Shown in pieces: positions 1 through 11,695 of a stretch of DNA of 64,000 bases. The stretch comes from Camelus ferus (lineage: Eukaryota). The notes under the pieces are model-generated. The model was not told where the DNA came from and ran no database searches. It worked only from the letters and a program-made list of their open reading frames with translations. Made by a program: the position numbers and the translations under genes. The stretch covers positions 57,600,001 to 57,664,000 of the forward strand of contig NC_045697.1 in NCBI RefSeq assembly GCF_009834535.1, written 5' to 3'. The stretch's first letter is position 1. Each line of letters opens with the position of its first letter.

Positions 1-380
1 AGTAGGAACTATCACTTTCTCTTTCACAAGCTATGAACAGGGTTTTTAAAAATTCAGTGATTTTCACTGTTCCCACAGGAGTGATGTTTATTGTCTGCTT
101 ATTTGGCTAAATGGAGACTATCTATCACCATTTTGTGTGATACATATGTTACAATGCCAGAACTTTGTTGGTGTGTAAAAGGGTATGAATAAGAGAAAAT
201 GAAACTGTTGAAGTAGTTCTGTTATGTGCAGCCTACTCAGCTATATGTGAATCATAATCCTCAGAAGAGTGGTAGGACATTACCTCCAGGGCATTAAAAC
301 TGCCTTGGTGAGAAGGGAACCTTGTGTTTGAATACCTGTAGGATGGGGATGAGGGTGAATATAAAAGGAGATATTGATTG

Positions 381-889
381 CATATATGAGTGATATTATA
401 TGGTATTTTTCTTTCTCTTTCTGGCTTACTTCACTTAGAATGACATTCTCCAGGGACATCCATGTTGCTGCAAATGGCATTATGTTGCCATTTTTATGGC
501 TGAATTGTATTCCATTGTATAAATATACCACAACTTCTTTACCCAGTCATCTGTCGATGGACATTACAAATAAACTTAAATATAAAACAGAAACAGACTC
601 ATAGACATCGAATACAAACTTGTGGTTGCCAGCAGGGGAGGAGGATGGGAAGGGATAGACTGGGAGTTCGAGATTTTAGATACTGACAGGTATATATAGA
701 ATAGATAAACAAGTTTATACTGTATAGCACAGGGAAATATATCAAGATCTTATAGTAGCTCATGGTGAAAAAGAATATGAAAATGAATATATGTATATTC
801 ATGTATGACTGAAAAATTGTTCTGTACACCAGAAGTTGACACAACATTGTAAACTGACTATAATTCAATTTTAAAAAATTGAAAAAAAA
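381..889 (+). mobile_element. Young 5'-truncated, 5'-inverted L1 (inverted part 381-565 on minus; 3' UTR and A-tail 566-889 on plus)
   Basis: The minus-strand ORF 280..531 reads like the L1 ORF2 end ('IMPFAATWMSLENVILSEVSQKEKEKYHIISLI'). The plus part is an L1 3' UTR ('aaacagactcatagacatcgaatacaaacttgtggttgcc') ending in poly-A. TSD agatattgattg (369-380) / agatattgaattg (890-902). Confidence 0.9.
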
Positions 890-1003
890 AGATATTGAAT
901 TGGTGGAGCTACACAGAAAATGAGAATACAGTCACAATAAGCTAGGGATGCAATGCTATTAAAGTGGTTTGAATTGATTTCAGGGTCCCTAAGAATTAAA
1001 ACA

Positions 1004-1136
1004 TTGCATACATTTTTTGAAGGGGGAGGGAATGAGGTTTATTTACTTACTTACTTAATGGAGGTACTGGGGATTGATACCCAGGACCTCATGCATGCTA
1101 AGCATGCAGTCTACCAATTGAGCTATACCCTTCCCT
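1004..1136 (-). mobile_element. tRNA-Ala(AGC)-derived SINE, Vic-1-like (camelid)
   Basis: Reverse complement is gggaagggtatagctcaattggtagactgcatgcttagcatgcatgaggtcctgggtatcaatccccagtacctcca plus a (taag/taaa) tail, with A-box, B-box and AGC anticodon remnants. Perfect 15-bp TSD ctaagaattaaaaca at 989-1003 and 1137-1151. Confidence 0.9.
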
Positions 1137-2699
1137 CTAAGAATTAAAACACGTGAAAAATTGTTCATGTATTGAAGATCTCTTTAACACATAAATATAG
1201 AGATTTAGGCCAAGTGGACAGAAATCTAACTTGAGTTACTATCATAAAGATGCAAGACTCTTCCCCAGTTCTAGAACCATCTTCTAAATGAAGGGAAAGC
1301 TGGGTCTCAATGAAGAACCCTTCAATATGGTCTTAATTTATATAGTGAGTGATCTAAACCTTCTCCACAATGATCCTAGACCATTAAAGATGGCAAAAGG
1401 GAAATATCTAGGTCTTCTGTGTGTATTGTGCATATTAAATATTGTTCTAAACGGAAACTGTTTCCCAGATACTCAGAAGAGCCTTGTGGTATATTTTCCA
1501 GAATGAGAACTAAATTTTCTTATTTAACATTCTGAGACATCCTGAGACCCAATGTAATTAAATTTAAATACTAATTTCTAATAAAACATTTATTTATGTG
1601 AGATTGTAATATAAATACAAAACTTTAAAATATATCTATATTTAGGGAAATATGCTAAGAAAATTATAAAAACATGAATGAATAGATTTAAAAGATCAGA
1701 GGGTTTTTTTGTGATTTGATTGTTTCATTCTTTTTAAGGACAATAACAATGAAAGTGGCATGAGAAACAGAAAATTTCAGATATTACAGATTTTAAGTCC
1801 AATAACTCATATACATCTGCCCTTAAATAAAGATTTTTCTAATCTTAGATGAGTATTTAAAATATTACGATTCATGTCACTACAGTATTTATAAGTAATG
1901 TCTTCCCTGAAGCCTCTAGCTTCTAATGCTACCAAAGGAATGTAATAAAGGAATAAAATATATTCCTCTAAAGAAATAAAGGAGTTACTGAGGAAATGTA
2001 AATATCATAGTTAACACAAAGTCATATATCATAGAAATAAAAATGAAAGTGGATGTTGTAATATTTATTCAATTTGTTGAAACCAGTGTCTTATGACTTT
2101 GAACCCAGACTTGAAAAGTAGCATAGTTCTGGTTCTAACAGAAAAGCCTAATAAATCTCTCCTAAATATTCTGTATATAAAATATTTTAAAATCTGCCTT
2201 TTCAAAGCACAATATGAATTAAAATGACTCATTTTTTTCTAACACAGTCATACATGGTTTAGAACACTTGAATTTTATTATTTCTCTGCTTTTAAGAGAT
2301 TTTTAAAAAATTTTAACAGAAAATGATGGGCTATTAACCTTAATTTCTAAGGTGGATATTACATTTAGCAGAAAATTTCAATATGCACTTACATTGCAAA
2401 AGTACATTTCCTTTGGACATACTTTGCCTGAAAATTCTCCCAGAGACTATTGCAAATACAGAATGTAAATAATACATCATAAGGCTTACCCAGACATATT
2501 TTAAAACATCTTTCTCTTCATTTGGAAATGCCCTAAAAATTAAGTATTCCTTTCTAAATATATCTTAATTATTGAAAAAGAGAAAGGAAAAGCAAGAAAA
2601 GAGTGTCACAAACATTATCAGTCACTTAATCTGACTAATCAAAGTTGTTTTCTTATGTGATCTTATCATTTGGCTAATTTGATACTTTTCTTTTTGGTA

Positions 2700-3812
2700 C
2701 AGTTTTTGCACTTGATTTACAGCATGGTAAACCTCTTGGTTTTTCTCCTACTTTAAGAATTGCTCTTCATCTCTGTCACTGAAGTGTAGACATTGAAGTA
2801 CCAGTCCTAGGACCATTTTTCCTTCTCAATTTATACTCACTTCCTAGATGATTTCATTCCTTTTCACGGCTTTACATGCAGCTGTATGCTGACAGCTGCC
2901 ATAACTCTGATCCAGACCTCTGAAATCTTGACATATATTTCACTGCCATGTCTACTGGAATGTGAATGGACCTCCCAAGTTTAATATATTTATGTCTAGT
3001 CATTATTTATTCATTTTTTACTACCAAAACTGCTTCTCCCACACTCTTTCTCAAATAACTAAACATTAAGTCCTTCCCTCTAGTTTTTCATTGGAAAAAG
3101 TCACTGGACTTACCCTCAACTCTTCTATTTCTTTCACCACCCTCATGCCATTATTCATCAGTAATTCCTGTGGGGTGTATCTTTAAATTATATCTTGAAT
3201 CTGAACTAGCTCTACCAGGTTCAAGTCATTAAATTCTGTCACCTGAATTACTATTCTTCTCACAGATCTTCCGTCTTCCCCCTTTGCACCTCCACACCTC
3301 AGTCATTCCCCAACACAGAAGATAGCCTTACCCATTTAAAATACGTCACTCCTTGACGTCAGTACCTCCAGTGTTCTCTCATCCTGGTCAGACTAAATCC
3401 AGACTCTTTTTCATGCCCTAGTAGGACCTGTATGATCTAGCCCATTGCTTTCTCTAATATTACTTCCATGAACTCTGTCACTTTTTTACTTTTTTCTAGA
3501 CAAACCAGCCAGTTTGATATTCCTTGAAAGCCTCCAGAATATTTTATCCTCTCTCAAAACCTTCACATTTGTTCTTTTCTTAAATCTCCCTTTCTCCCAA
3601 TTCTTGCATCATTTGCTCATTTCTTTCAAATTTCAAATAAAATTTCTCCTTATTGGTCAGTCATCCCTGACTAAAGTTAAAAAAAAAAAAAAAAAAAGTA
3701 AACCCATTCCCTTCAGGTATTCTCTATATCCTTACCTTACTTTATTGCACTCATTTGTAATTGACATATTTATGTACCAATAGGCTCACAAGAAAACTTG
3801 ATGAATGAACGA
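2700..3812 (+). mobile_element. L2 LINE fragment including 3' end
   Basis: L2-like motifs 'gatttcattccttttcacggctttacatgc...tatgctgacag...tccagacctc', ending in 'ttgatgaatgaa'. Confidence 0.75.
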
Positions 3813-6169
3813 CAATGAAAAGCAATTAATATCTGTCTTAGTACTCATACAGATTTAAGTTTTATAACTTAAACTGTTAGTTGTAACAACTGTGTAGAGT
3901 CTTGTAACGTGTAAAAAATGTTCAAATTCATTATTTTTTCTGAGTGTCATTATAATTCTACGGGGGATATGATGAATATCACTGCCATGGTGTTATATCA
4001 ATATAGGACAAATAAATCAAATACTTTAATTTATATACTTTTATTTATACAGTAAAGATTCAAATGGCTTTTACCTACTATGTAGTTTCATTATATAGAA
4101 TCCTTTTTTCTCTAAGAATCATAGTCATCAACTTTTCTCTGACAAATTTCAGGAAACCTGGGACCATAGTTGAGTACCTTGCTTCCCAGGCTCCTACAAT
4201 ATTGAATAATTTTTTGTGTACCTTCAAGTCCTTGAGTTTTAAGGTCCTATTTTCATTATAAAATATGACTTAGAAAATATATAAATTTCAAGAAATATCA
4301 GAGAACCTGAAAGATAAAATTTTGTCCATTATTTTACAGACTAATCCTATTGAGTTTTAAATGAGAGCTATATAAAAAAAATTATAATTATGGGACTCTT
4401 TCTGATGAGCAGAAACTTTATTTTATTATACGAAAATTCATGCTGTTGCACTTATGATACATAGCTATTATAAGAAATTTAAGCAATATGGAAGAATAAA
4501 AATGTATAGAACATATAGAAAAATTCTAGAACCCCAAAACCTATGAGAAAAAATGAATTATTATTTTTAGCATTATTATTCCAGATATTTTTTCTGAATA
4601 TTTATAGGTAAAGATGAGTAGACTGATACTTAGAAATATTTTTTATAAAATAGTTGAACAATCTTATATACGTTATAAAATAGAATATAAGTTGAAATCA
4701 ACAGAAGACAATAAAAATAATGAGCTACCATATTTCAAAAACTATTCCTTCACCAATACAAATATAGTGAACTAAAACATCTGTGGTCATATTAAATGAA
4801 AACAATATTTAATTTGTGGTCATTGTGGTTTGTTTTTCAAAACAAGTTTCAGTTATATATAATACTAGTTAACTTTTCGCTATGAAAGATCTCTATATTA
4901 GCACTTCCATAATTTTCTTTACAGTGCTCCATCCATCTGCTACTCCTTGTTAATATTTTTTTCACATTATACTACAAATATTTGTACCATTTGCACTTTG
5001 TTTTTCAATGATTCCTCACTATAATAAACTTTAATTATTTATTCCAATGTATTCAGTACTCATTATCAGTCCTTTTGCCATGAATTATCTGTTACAGAAA
5101 TATTTATGCTGATTCTTCTCTTTATTACTTGGATTTCATTGTCAATGATTTTTGTTTTGTTTTTATAGAGCTCTTTTTCTTTGGTTCTTTCCTGACTGAA
5201 AAGGCTGCCTTTTGTTCTTACATTAATTATCGAATAGCAAATTAGTATGAAATAGTATCCTTTTTTCAAATGTCTTTACTTCATAATGTTTTCTGCTTTT
5301 TTGAATTGTCCTCTGGCACTACATGCTACTCAGACATTCCCTCATGGTAACCTTTTCTTTCTCACTGTAAATGAATGACCTGCTTTCTTACTTTCCTTGA
5401 AGTGCTCTGTATCAGATTTTCTCAGAGTATAGTATGATCTTTCAATCTGCAAAATTACTTCCTTGTGTTAAAGATTTGTCTTGTATTAAAATATCAATTT
5501 TCTTCTGGTTCCATTAGTTTGGTGGTTCTATGTTGTATTAATTTTTCCTTTCTCTTTATATGAATAATTGAAAATTGTTTTTTCATTCTGCTATTACATG
5601 AGAGACTTTGGCCAGTCCTGTTGTCTCAGAGAGAGAGGTGTCTTAACATGTTTTCTCTGAAGTACAGTAGGATGGTTTTATATGAATCCTAATGGAATGT
5701 TGAAAGGGCATTCTTAGTAACATTTATGTCATGTTTCATTTACAGAATTCCCTAATGTCTTTCACTTCCAATTATATGTTTGTGTCCATATCAGTGTTAA
5801 CTCCACCTCATTGGGAAATGTGTATCATTCCTGTAAGGAATTCCCTGAAGGTTAACATTTGTCCCTGACTTTTGTGTCCTTTTCTTTTTTTCCTTCCACT
5901 TTTCACTGAATATAAATCACACCACATCAGCAATATCTAATACTCTCCAGTTAAAATAGAGAAGGTTGAAATTGGAAAAAATATCTGAGACAAAACTATA
6001 AAGCTGATCCCCTAGGAAATTAGAAGATAATGACCAGGAGTGGCTTTTTAAAGATAATAATATTGGCATATGGAAGATTTATATAAGAAAGAGACGAGTT
6101 TGAGAGCAAATAAAGAATGATAGTAGTGGCATTTATGCTATTAATGATAAAATAATAAAGTAATAATAA

Positions 6170-6390
6170 GATTTAAAATTTAACATAGGGCCTATTTTAT
6201 ACTAGGCAATGTTTCTGAGTGTCTTATATGTATTAGGTGATTTAATTACTCCAGCAGTCATATCTTTATTTTGCAGGTGAGACTGATGAGGCATGGAAAT
6301 ATTTAATTTACTTTGTCACCCAATAGTAAGTGGCATCGCAAGGACTGGGTTCCAGGTAAGAATTCTGGAGCAAGTGCTCTGCTATTATAC
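6170..6390 (-). mobile_element. MIR SINE
   Basis: 'ttattttgcaggtgagactgatgaggcatgga...gtcacccaatagtaagtggca' is the reverse MIR core. Confidence 0.7.
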
Positions 6391-7019
6391 ATGTGGTCAA
6401 GCTTCATTAAATTGATTGGAAGAGATTGAGAATACTGTAAGCTATTGAAAGTTTATGCTAAAATAAACTGGTACAGAATGTTGGTAAAATATTATATTAT
6501 GTTATATATAAAGAACAAATCTTGAACTTTGACAAGTCCAATGGGGAAAAAGAATGAATGGGAAATTGATTGAAAACATAGGGAAGATTTAATAAAATCG
6601 TTTTGTATTAAACTGAGATTGAAAAAAGAAATACATCACCAGAAATTTGAGACTGGTTTCTGAAGTATAAGGTTATTTGAAATTGGGGATTTCAGGAGAT
6701 TTATCTGATTCTCATCTTCACACAATCAGTGGCTTGCCACGGAGGAAGAGGTAAGAAATAGTAGCTATATCACTAATCACACCCAACCATTTTGCAAATG
6801 AAAGGTTTTGTAATATGCAAATTAGAAAAAGTGCCTGGTATTGATTACATAGTCATAGAATTAACTAGAGTTTTGAGTTATACTATGTACGTATGTTATA
6901 TTATACATATTGTCATTAAATGTGTCCTCATGAGTAAATAAAAGTGTTGTAGTTAGAAAAGTTTTATAATTGTGTCTACAGGTAGACTTCTGAACTCAAT
7001 AATGTTGCAAATCCATAAT

Positions 7020-7310
7020 ACATTTATTTTTAATCCAAAATCTAAGAAGTGTGGAAATAGAAGATATTTTTATAATTCGTTTGAAGGTGAATCTGACCTA
7101 GTCTGACCTGAAGCAGTTTATATCTTTATTCATTTGGTGTGAATATTTTTATATTTATCTATAGAAATATTGATTAATCATGAGATACTGCCTAGACCAT
7201 GATGACTTTGTTGCCTAATATCTCACATATGTATAAACTTTCTAAATATCTGAAAAAGTCCACAATGTGTTTTGCCCAAGTGTTTTTGTATAGAGAAATG
7301 CACGCTTATA
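7020..7310 (-). mobile_element. MER46C-like TcMar-Tigger non-autonomous DNA transposon
   Basis: 'ctgacctgaagcagtttatatctttattcatttggtgtgaatatt...actttctaaatatctgaaaaa' matches reverse MER46C as remembered. Confidence 0.6.
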
Positions 7311-8149
7311 TATAGGGAAGTTGCAGTCAACTGTTGGTGTGGTTGGTAAACAGGATTGTGTGGGAAGTAACACATATCAGTTATCACTCCATTTGCACAT
7401 CAGTTTAGGCAGCCCACCCCTATCTGACACTGCATATGGACAGAGGGGACAAAAATTTGGTAAGCTTAACTGAGACAAGAAAAGGTGTACCATATTTTCT
7501 ATCAATGCTTGGCAAAAAAATAGACTGTTTCTCTGCTAGTTCTAGTGTCTGTCTCCTAATCTGCTGATTTAATTAAAGAATTCTGTCATCAAGAAACAAC
7601 AGCATGTAAGATGTTATTTGTTAATTCCAATAAATTAATAAATTTGGTATTGTGTAGGATAATTCTTGTGGCTCTCAAGGTATAATTAAGGAATACTTAC
7701 AGACAAACACATACATAGTGACTTTAACTTTGATCAGATTATCAAAAAAGTAACAGATAATATACCTTATAGTGGGTAAGGTTCTTCCATGTTCTGTGTA
7801 TACATATAAATATATTTGAATGATGCTATGACTCCTTGAAATTTTTGAACTTCTTTATGATTGTCTTCAGAGCAAGATTACTAAACATACAAGTGAGTAT
7901 CTCATCTTTTTGTAATCATATCTTTAATACCAAAGTTTGGTATGCAGGTTTTAACTTCCACTCTATTAAGCAAATGTAGGCTTAAATGACTTTTCATTTA
8001 GAAAAACTCAAACATATTGTCAAGGAATAAAGACTTGCAACCTACAAAAGTATTCAGGATAAGTTTCCTCTGAAACCAAGAAATATGTTAATAAAATATT
8101 CTTTAAAATAGCTTCACTCAAGAACATCCAGTTAATGAATCAGAACAGA

Positions 8150-8330
8150 TATATTAGTTGAACACTTAAGCATGCATGGTATTGTGCCATGCAGTGTATT
8201 ATCAGTAAACGTTGTAACTCTTTAATTCTCACAAAAATCAGGAAGTTGAAGATTACTGAGGAAGGAAAACTGAGTTTCTTTGTTCAGAGTCTACTGCTAG
8301 TTAGTGAATGTCCAAGATCAATCCCCATCC
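8150..8330 (-). mobile_element. MIR SINE
   Basis: 'tttaattctcacaaaaatcaggaag...gaggaaggaaaactgag' is the reverse MIR core. Confidence 0.6.
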
Positions 8331-8359
8331 AAAAATGTGATCACCATAATTAAGAAGCA

Positions 8360-8560
8360 GATGGCATTATTAAAGATAAAGAGCCTTTGAAGCCTTTCAG
8401 ACCTGGATTCCAAAATCTGTTCTCATACTTGGTATCTCTATAATATTACATGCATCAAATTATCTAACCCTATTTCCTTATTTTTAAAAAGGTAGTGGCA
8501 ATAAATACCATATGGATATGTGGGCAGGATAAAGTAGACTATAAAATATAAAATACAGTG
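8360..8560 (+). mobile_element. MIR SINE
   Basis: 'cagacctggattccaaaatctg...tatctaaccctatttccttatttttaaaaagg' is forward MIR-like sequence. Confidence 0.5.
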
Positions 8561-8623
8561 ATATTATTGATATTTGTCAGAGCTTTAAAAAATTTCCACT
8601 TTTATTCTCTCCAAAAAACTAAG

Positions 8624-9006
8624 TGTTAAAATTCAACTGAGTAAATTTTAAAGATTTTACTAGTTTTACTCAACAATTCATGAATCAGGCATCATCTAAT
8701 CCAGAAGACAAAAAGAAGCTCCAAGGAGCCGTATAAAATGGAAGATTTTTATATAGGCAGAAGGGAGCAGGAACAAGCAAGTTCTTCTAGACAAAAAAAG
8801 CAGAATCGTTATTGCGAGGTTACTTTCCTTTAAGAGATAGCAGAAGTCTATCAAGCAGATTACCCAACTGTTGCTGATCAGGTGATTCCTGATTGACTGG
8901 TTTAAGATTCCATTTTGGAGAGAGAGAAAACTGTACCTTAAAGTCTTGGTTTTGTGACCTGGGGCTTAGCATAAGTGACTCCACTTTGGGCCCATCTTGT
9001 TTTTGA
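8624..9006 (-). mobile_element. ERV1-class solo LTR (MER93-like; subfamily uncertain)
   Basis: 'tgttaaaattcaactgagtaaattttaaagat...ttcatgaatcaggcatcatctaatc...ggggcttagcataagtgactccactttgggccc'; about 380 bp and richer in GC than its flanks. Confidence 0.6.
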
Positions 9007-9754
9007 GATAAATAATCTTATTCATTGAAGTATTCTATTAAATGTGTATACCATTTATGATTGTAAGTTGTCAAGGGCAAACTTACAGTCCTTTCAGATA
9101 ATATCTCTTTAATAATTTACTAATTCTACAAATCTTTGTTCTGAATTTGACTTCTGGAGATATATTTACCTCCATTATTTTAAAAATATTGCCTCTCAAA
9201 TATTTCAAAATGTTATTTTTGATGTTTCTAATTTTTTAGATCCCAAAAGAGGAAATATACAGGTGTGTTATTAGTTAATCAATAACTTCTTAGGGCACAA
9301 ATAGAAAAAAAAGTCTCATTTACTTGTGAAATTTTAAGATGATAATTTAGAGAATCAATAATTTATGTTTAAAAATGTGACAGAGGCGATATATACATTA
9401 TTAAATTTATTGAAATTCTTTTCCTGTTACTAAAAAAAGTTTCATTTTCTTTAGTGTTTCTAAAAGTTTTCCATAGGGCAACTTTAAAGTTTATGATTAA
9501 GGATACTGGATTTAAAATATAAAGTGTAAAAATTTCCATATGCACATAGAATTAACCCTCCCTAAGTTATCCTTCAAATTTATGTGTAATAAATCTAGAT
9601 ACTTACCTTCATTTTATAAACTTCTGCTTTCCTCCTTTTAAATGTCATCATTTACTTATCTGATTTCTCTGGCTATTTCTACACAATCTTGTATTCTACA
9701 TATATGTTTTTTCTTTGAAAACTCATCCCTTAGCTCTCTCTTTCCCTAATCTCA

Positions 9755-9810
9755 TTGATGATTATCATGATGATGATAAGAATGATAATGATGATGATAC
9801 TGATGATGAG
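9755..9810. repeat. Degenerate (GAT)n simple repeat, probably the tail of an adjacent minus-strand MIR
   Basis: 'gatgattatcatgatgatgataagaatgataatgatgatgatactgatgatga'. Confidence 0.7.
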
Positions 9811-11049
9811 GCTAACTATTATATTAAGCCTTCACTATAATAGCTGGTTATAGGTTAGGTATTGTCCTAAGTCCGTTGCATTACATTTCTTTTAGATTAT
9901 GCAGCATAAGGATTCTATGAAGCAGTACAAATATCATCTCTTCACCACTATGCTATTCTGCCTTGCAGCTGAAGAAAATACCCTAGTCCTTATCTTGCAT
10001 CAGGGATCTACATATCCCTGAATTTTCTGATCATACAAAGGCTCTATATAGTAAATGCATATTAAAAAACCAAATATAAGTCTTTATGATTTATTTTACT
10101 TTGTCCTCTCTTTTTTATTCCGCACTATAGTACAAATGAAGGAAACAAAACAAAAAACAAAACAACAAACCAAACATTTAAAATCTTACCATAAATTCTT
10201 TACTGTTCATTTTATTATGTTTCTTTTTTCACAACTGAACAAATTTTAAAACATCCCAATTTTTTATTCTCAATGTCTGTATCTGGGTCTTTTTAACCTT
10301 GTTTTAATCCATCTTTTCTTGCCTTGTTTTCTGCTGTTCAATTCCCTTTTAAATATTTCTAGCTGTGGGACTGTAAGTGTCCTTGAATGACCCTACTGAT
10401 TCAAGTTCAAAATATTGTCCTTAGGCTTCAGAGACTTCCAGAAAATGGTTGTAACTTTAAAAATAATATTTATAAGGCACTGTTTTTATTTCCATCTTCG
10501 TTTTACTCAGTTTTCCGATCTTCATATTTGCCCACACCCATTAACCAATCTTTGATTTTGGTGACTTAGTCTATGCCTGTACCTCATCAAGTCCCAGTTG
10601 TTCTTAAAACTCATTTTGAGCAACATATATCATCCCTAATGTCCTGCTGCAATTATAATTTAGAATCTAGATTTTGACAGTAAAGAAAAAAAAAAAAGGA
10701 CTAATGGCAAAAAAAAGTAATAGAATTGCTTCATAGGACACTTTTAGAAATTAAAACCATATTAAAATTTTCAAAAATATTACAAGCAGAGCAGTGCAAT
10801 TTTTTTTAATAGGAGTCCAGAGTTGAGAAATAGAGCCAGGTTCTCACTTATGCATCCATTGTCTTCAAGGCTAGCATTACTGCAAGTGCTGTCTATAAAT
10901 AAATGCACAGTTTCAGGAGAGAAATTAACATGAGAGAGAAGACAAATATCACCACTAAAAGTAATGTGAGAAAAGTACTGGAATTAAGTCATGCTTGTTT
11001 ACTGCTAGTCTTATTTGAATGAGATGGTCAGGTCGCAGCATTCAGCATT

Positions 11050-11695
11050 GAAATTTTGATAGTTAAATTCTTTTTCCTGCTTCATACCCACCCATTTTTC
11101 TCCTCAACCAATTATGAATAGGAGTTCATCCTCACAACTGCACTGAAATTATCTGACATTGTCATCAGTAACCTCCTTTTCACCAACTCAATGGTCATTT
11201 CTCAGTTCTCACTTTATTTCACCATTCAATAGTACTTAACATTATTTATCTCATCTCATTCCTAATAAAAATTTTAATTTTTCTTTTCTCTCATTGGCTA
11301 CTTATTTTCAATTTCCTTTGTTTCTCTTTAATTTCTAAATGTTGACACTCTCTAGGACTTTGCTTTCTAAAATCAGTCCTTAGGTGAGCATATGTAGTCC
11401 CACAGATTTTAGTGTCATCTATATTCTGACTCGCCTCTGAACTTCGTTAAACTTAATCTAATTAATATCTTCTCTTTGATGTATAATATATATCAAAATT
11501 AACATGTTTAGAAAAAACTTCATTTTCTTCAAAGCCTGCTGATTTTGCAGTATTCTCCATTTTGATAAATGGCCATCCTTGATGACAATTCCCTGACGTG
11601 CTGTGTGTAATCAATCAGTAATCTCTGTTGGCAGGTCTTTGAATCTGGGCCTTCTCATCAATTTTGCCACAACCATCTTAGTATAAAGAATTTCA
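11050..11695 (+). mobile_element. L2 LINE fragment
   Basis: 'cactgaaattatctgacattgtcatcagtaacctccttttcaccaactcaatggtcatttctcagttctcac' is typical L2 ORF2-region sequence. Confidence 0.75.

Larger units (their letters stand above)
30..1430 (+). mobile_element. Ancient ERVL-type internal (gag region) remnant, interrupted by an L1 (381-889) and a SINE (1004-1136)
   Basis: Segments such as 'tggtttgaattgatttcagggtccctaagaattaaaaca' and 'aatgaagggaaagctgggtctcaatgaagaaccc...ccttctccacaatgatcctagacc' resemble ERVL gag and gag-pro junction sequence as I remember it. Heavily decayed, no ORF. Confidence 0.55.

Noticed and set aside
1059..1135. Possible tRNA-Ala gene (also 34451-34525)
   Set aside because: Mutated stems and B-box, a SINE tail and a TSD show these are SINE copies, not tRNA genes.
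6696..6750. Possible plus-strand exon ending GAG|GTAAGA
   Set aside because: Poor pyrimidine tract, 55-nt length and unrecognised peptides; such donors are common by chance.
9601..9680. Strong minus-strand donor AAG|GTAAGT
   Set aside because: No convincing acceptor upstream, and the surroundings look like decayed repeat.
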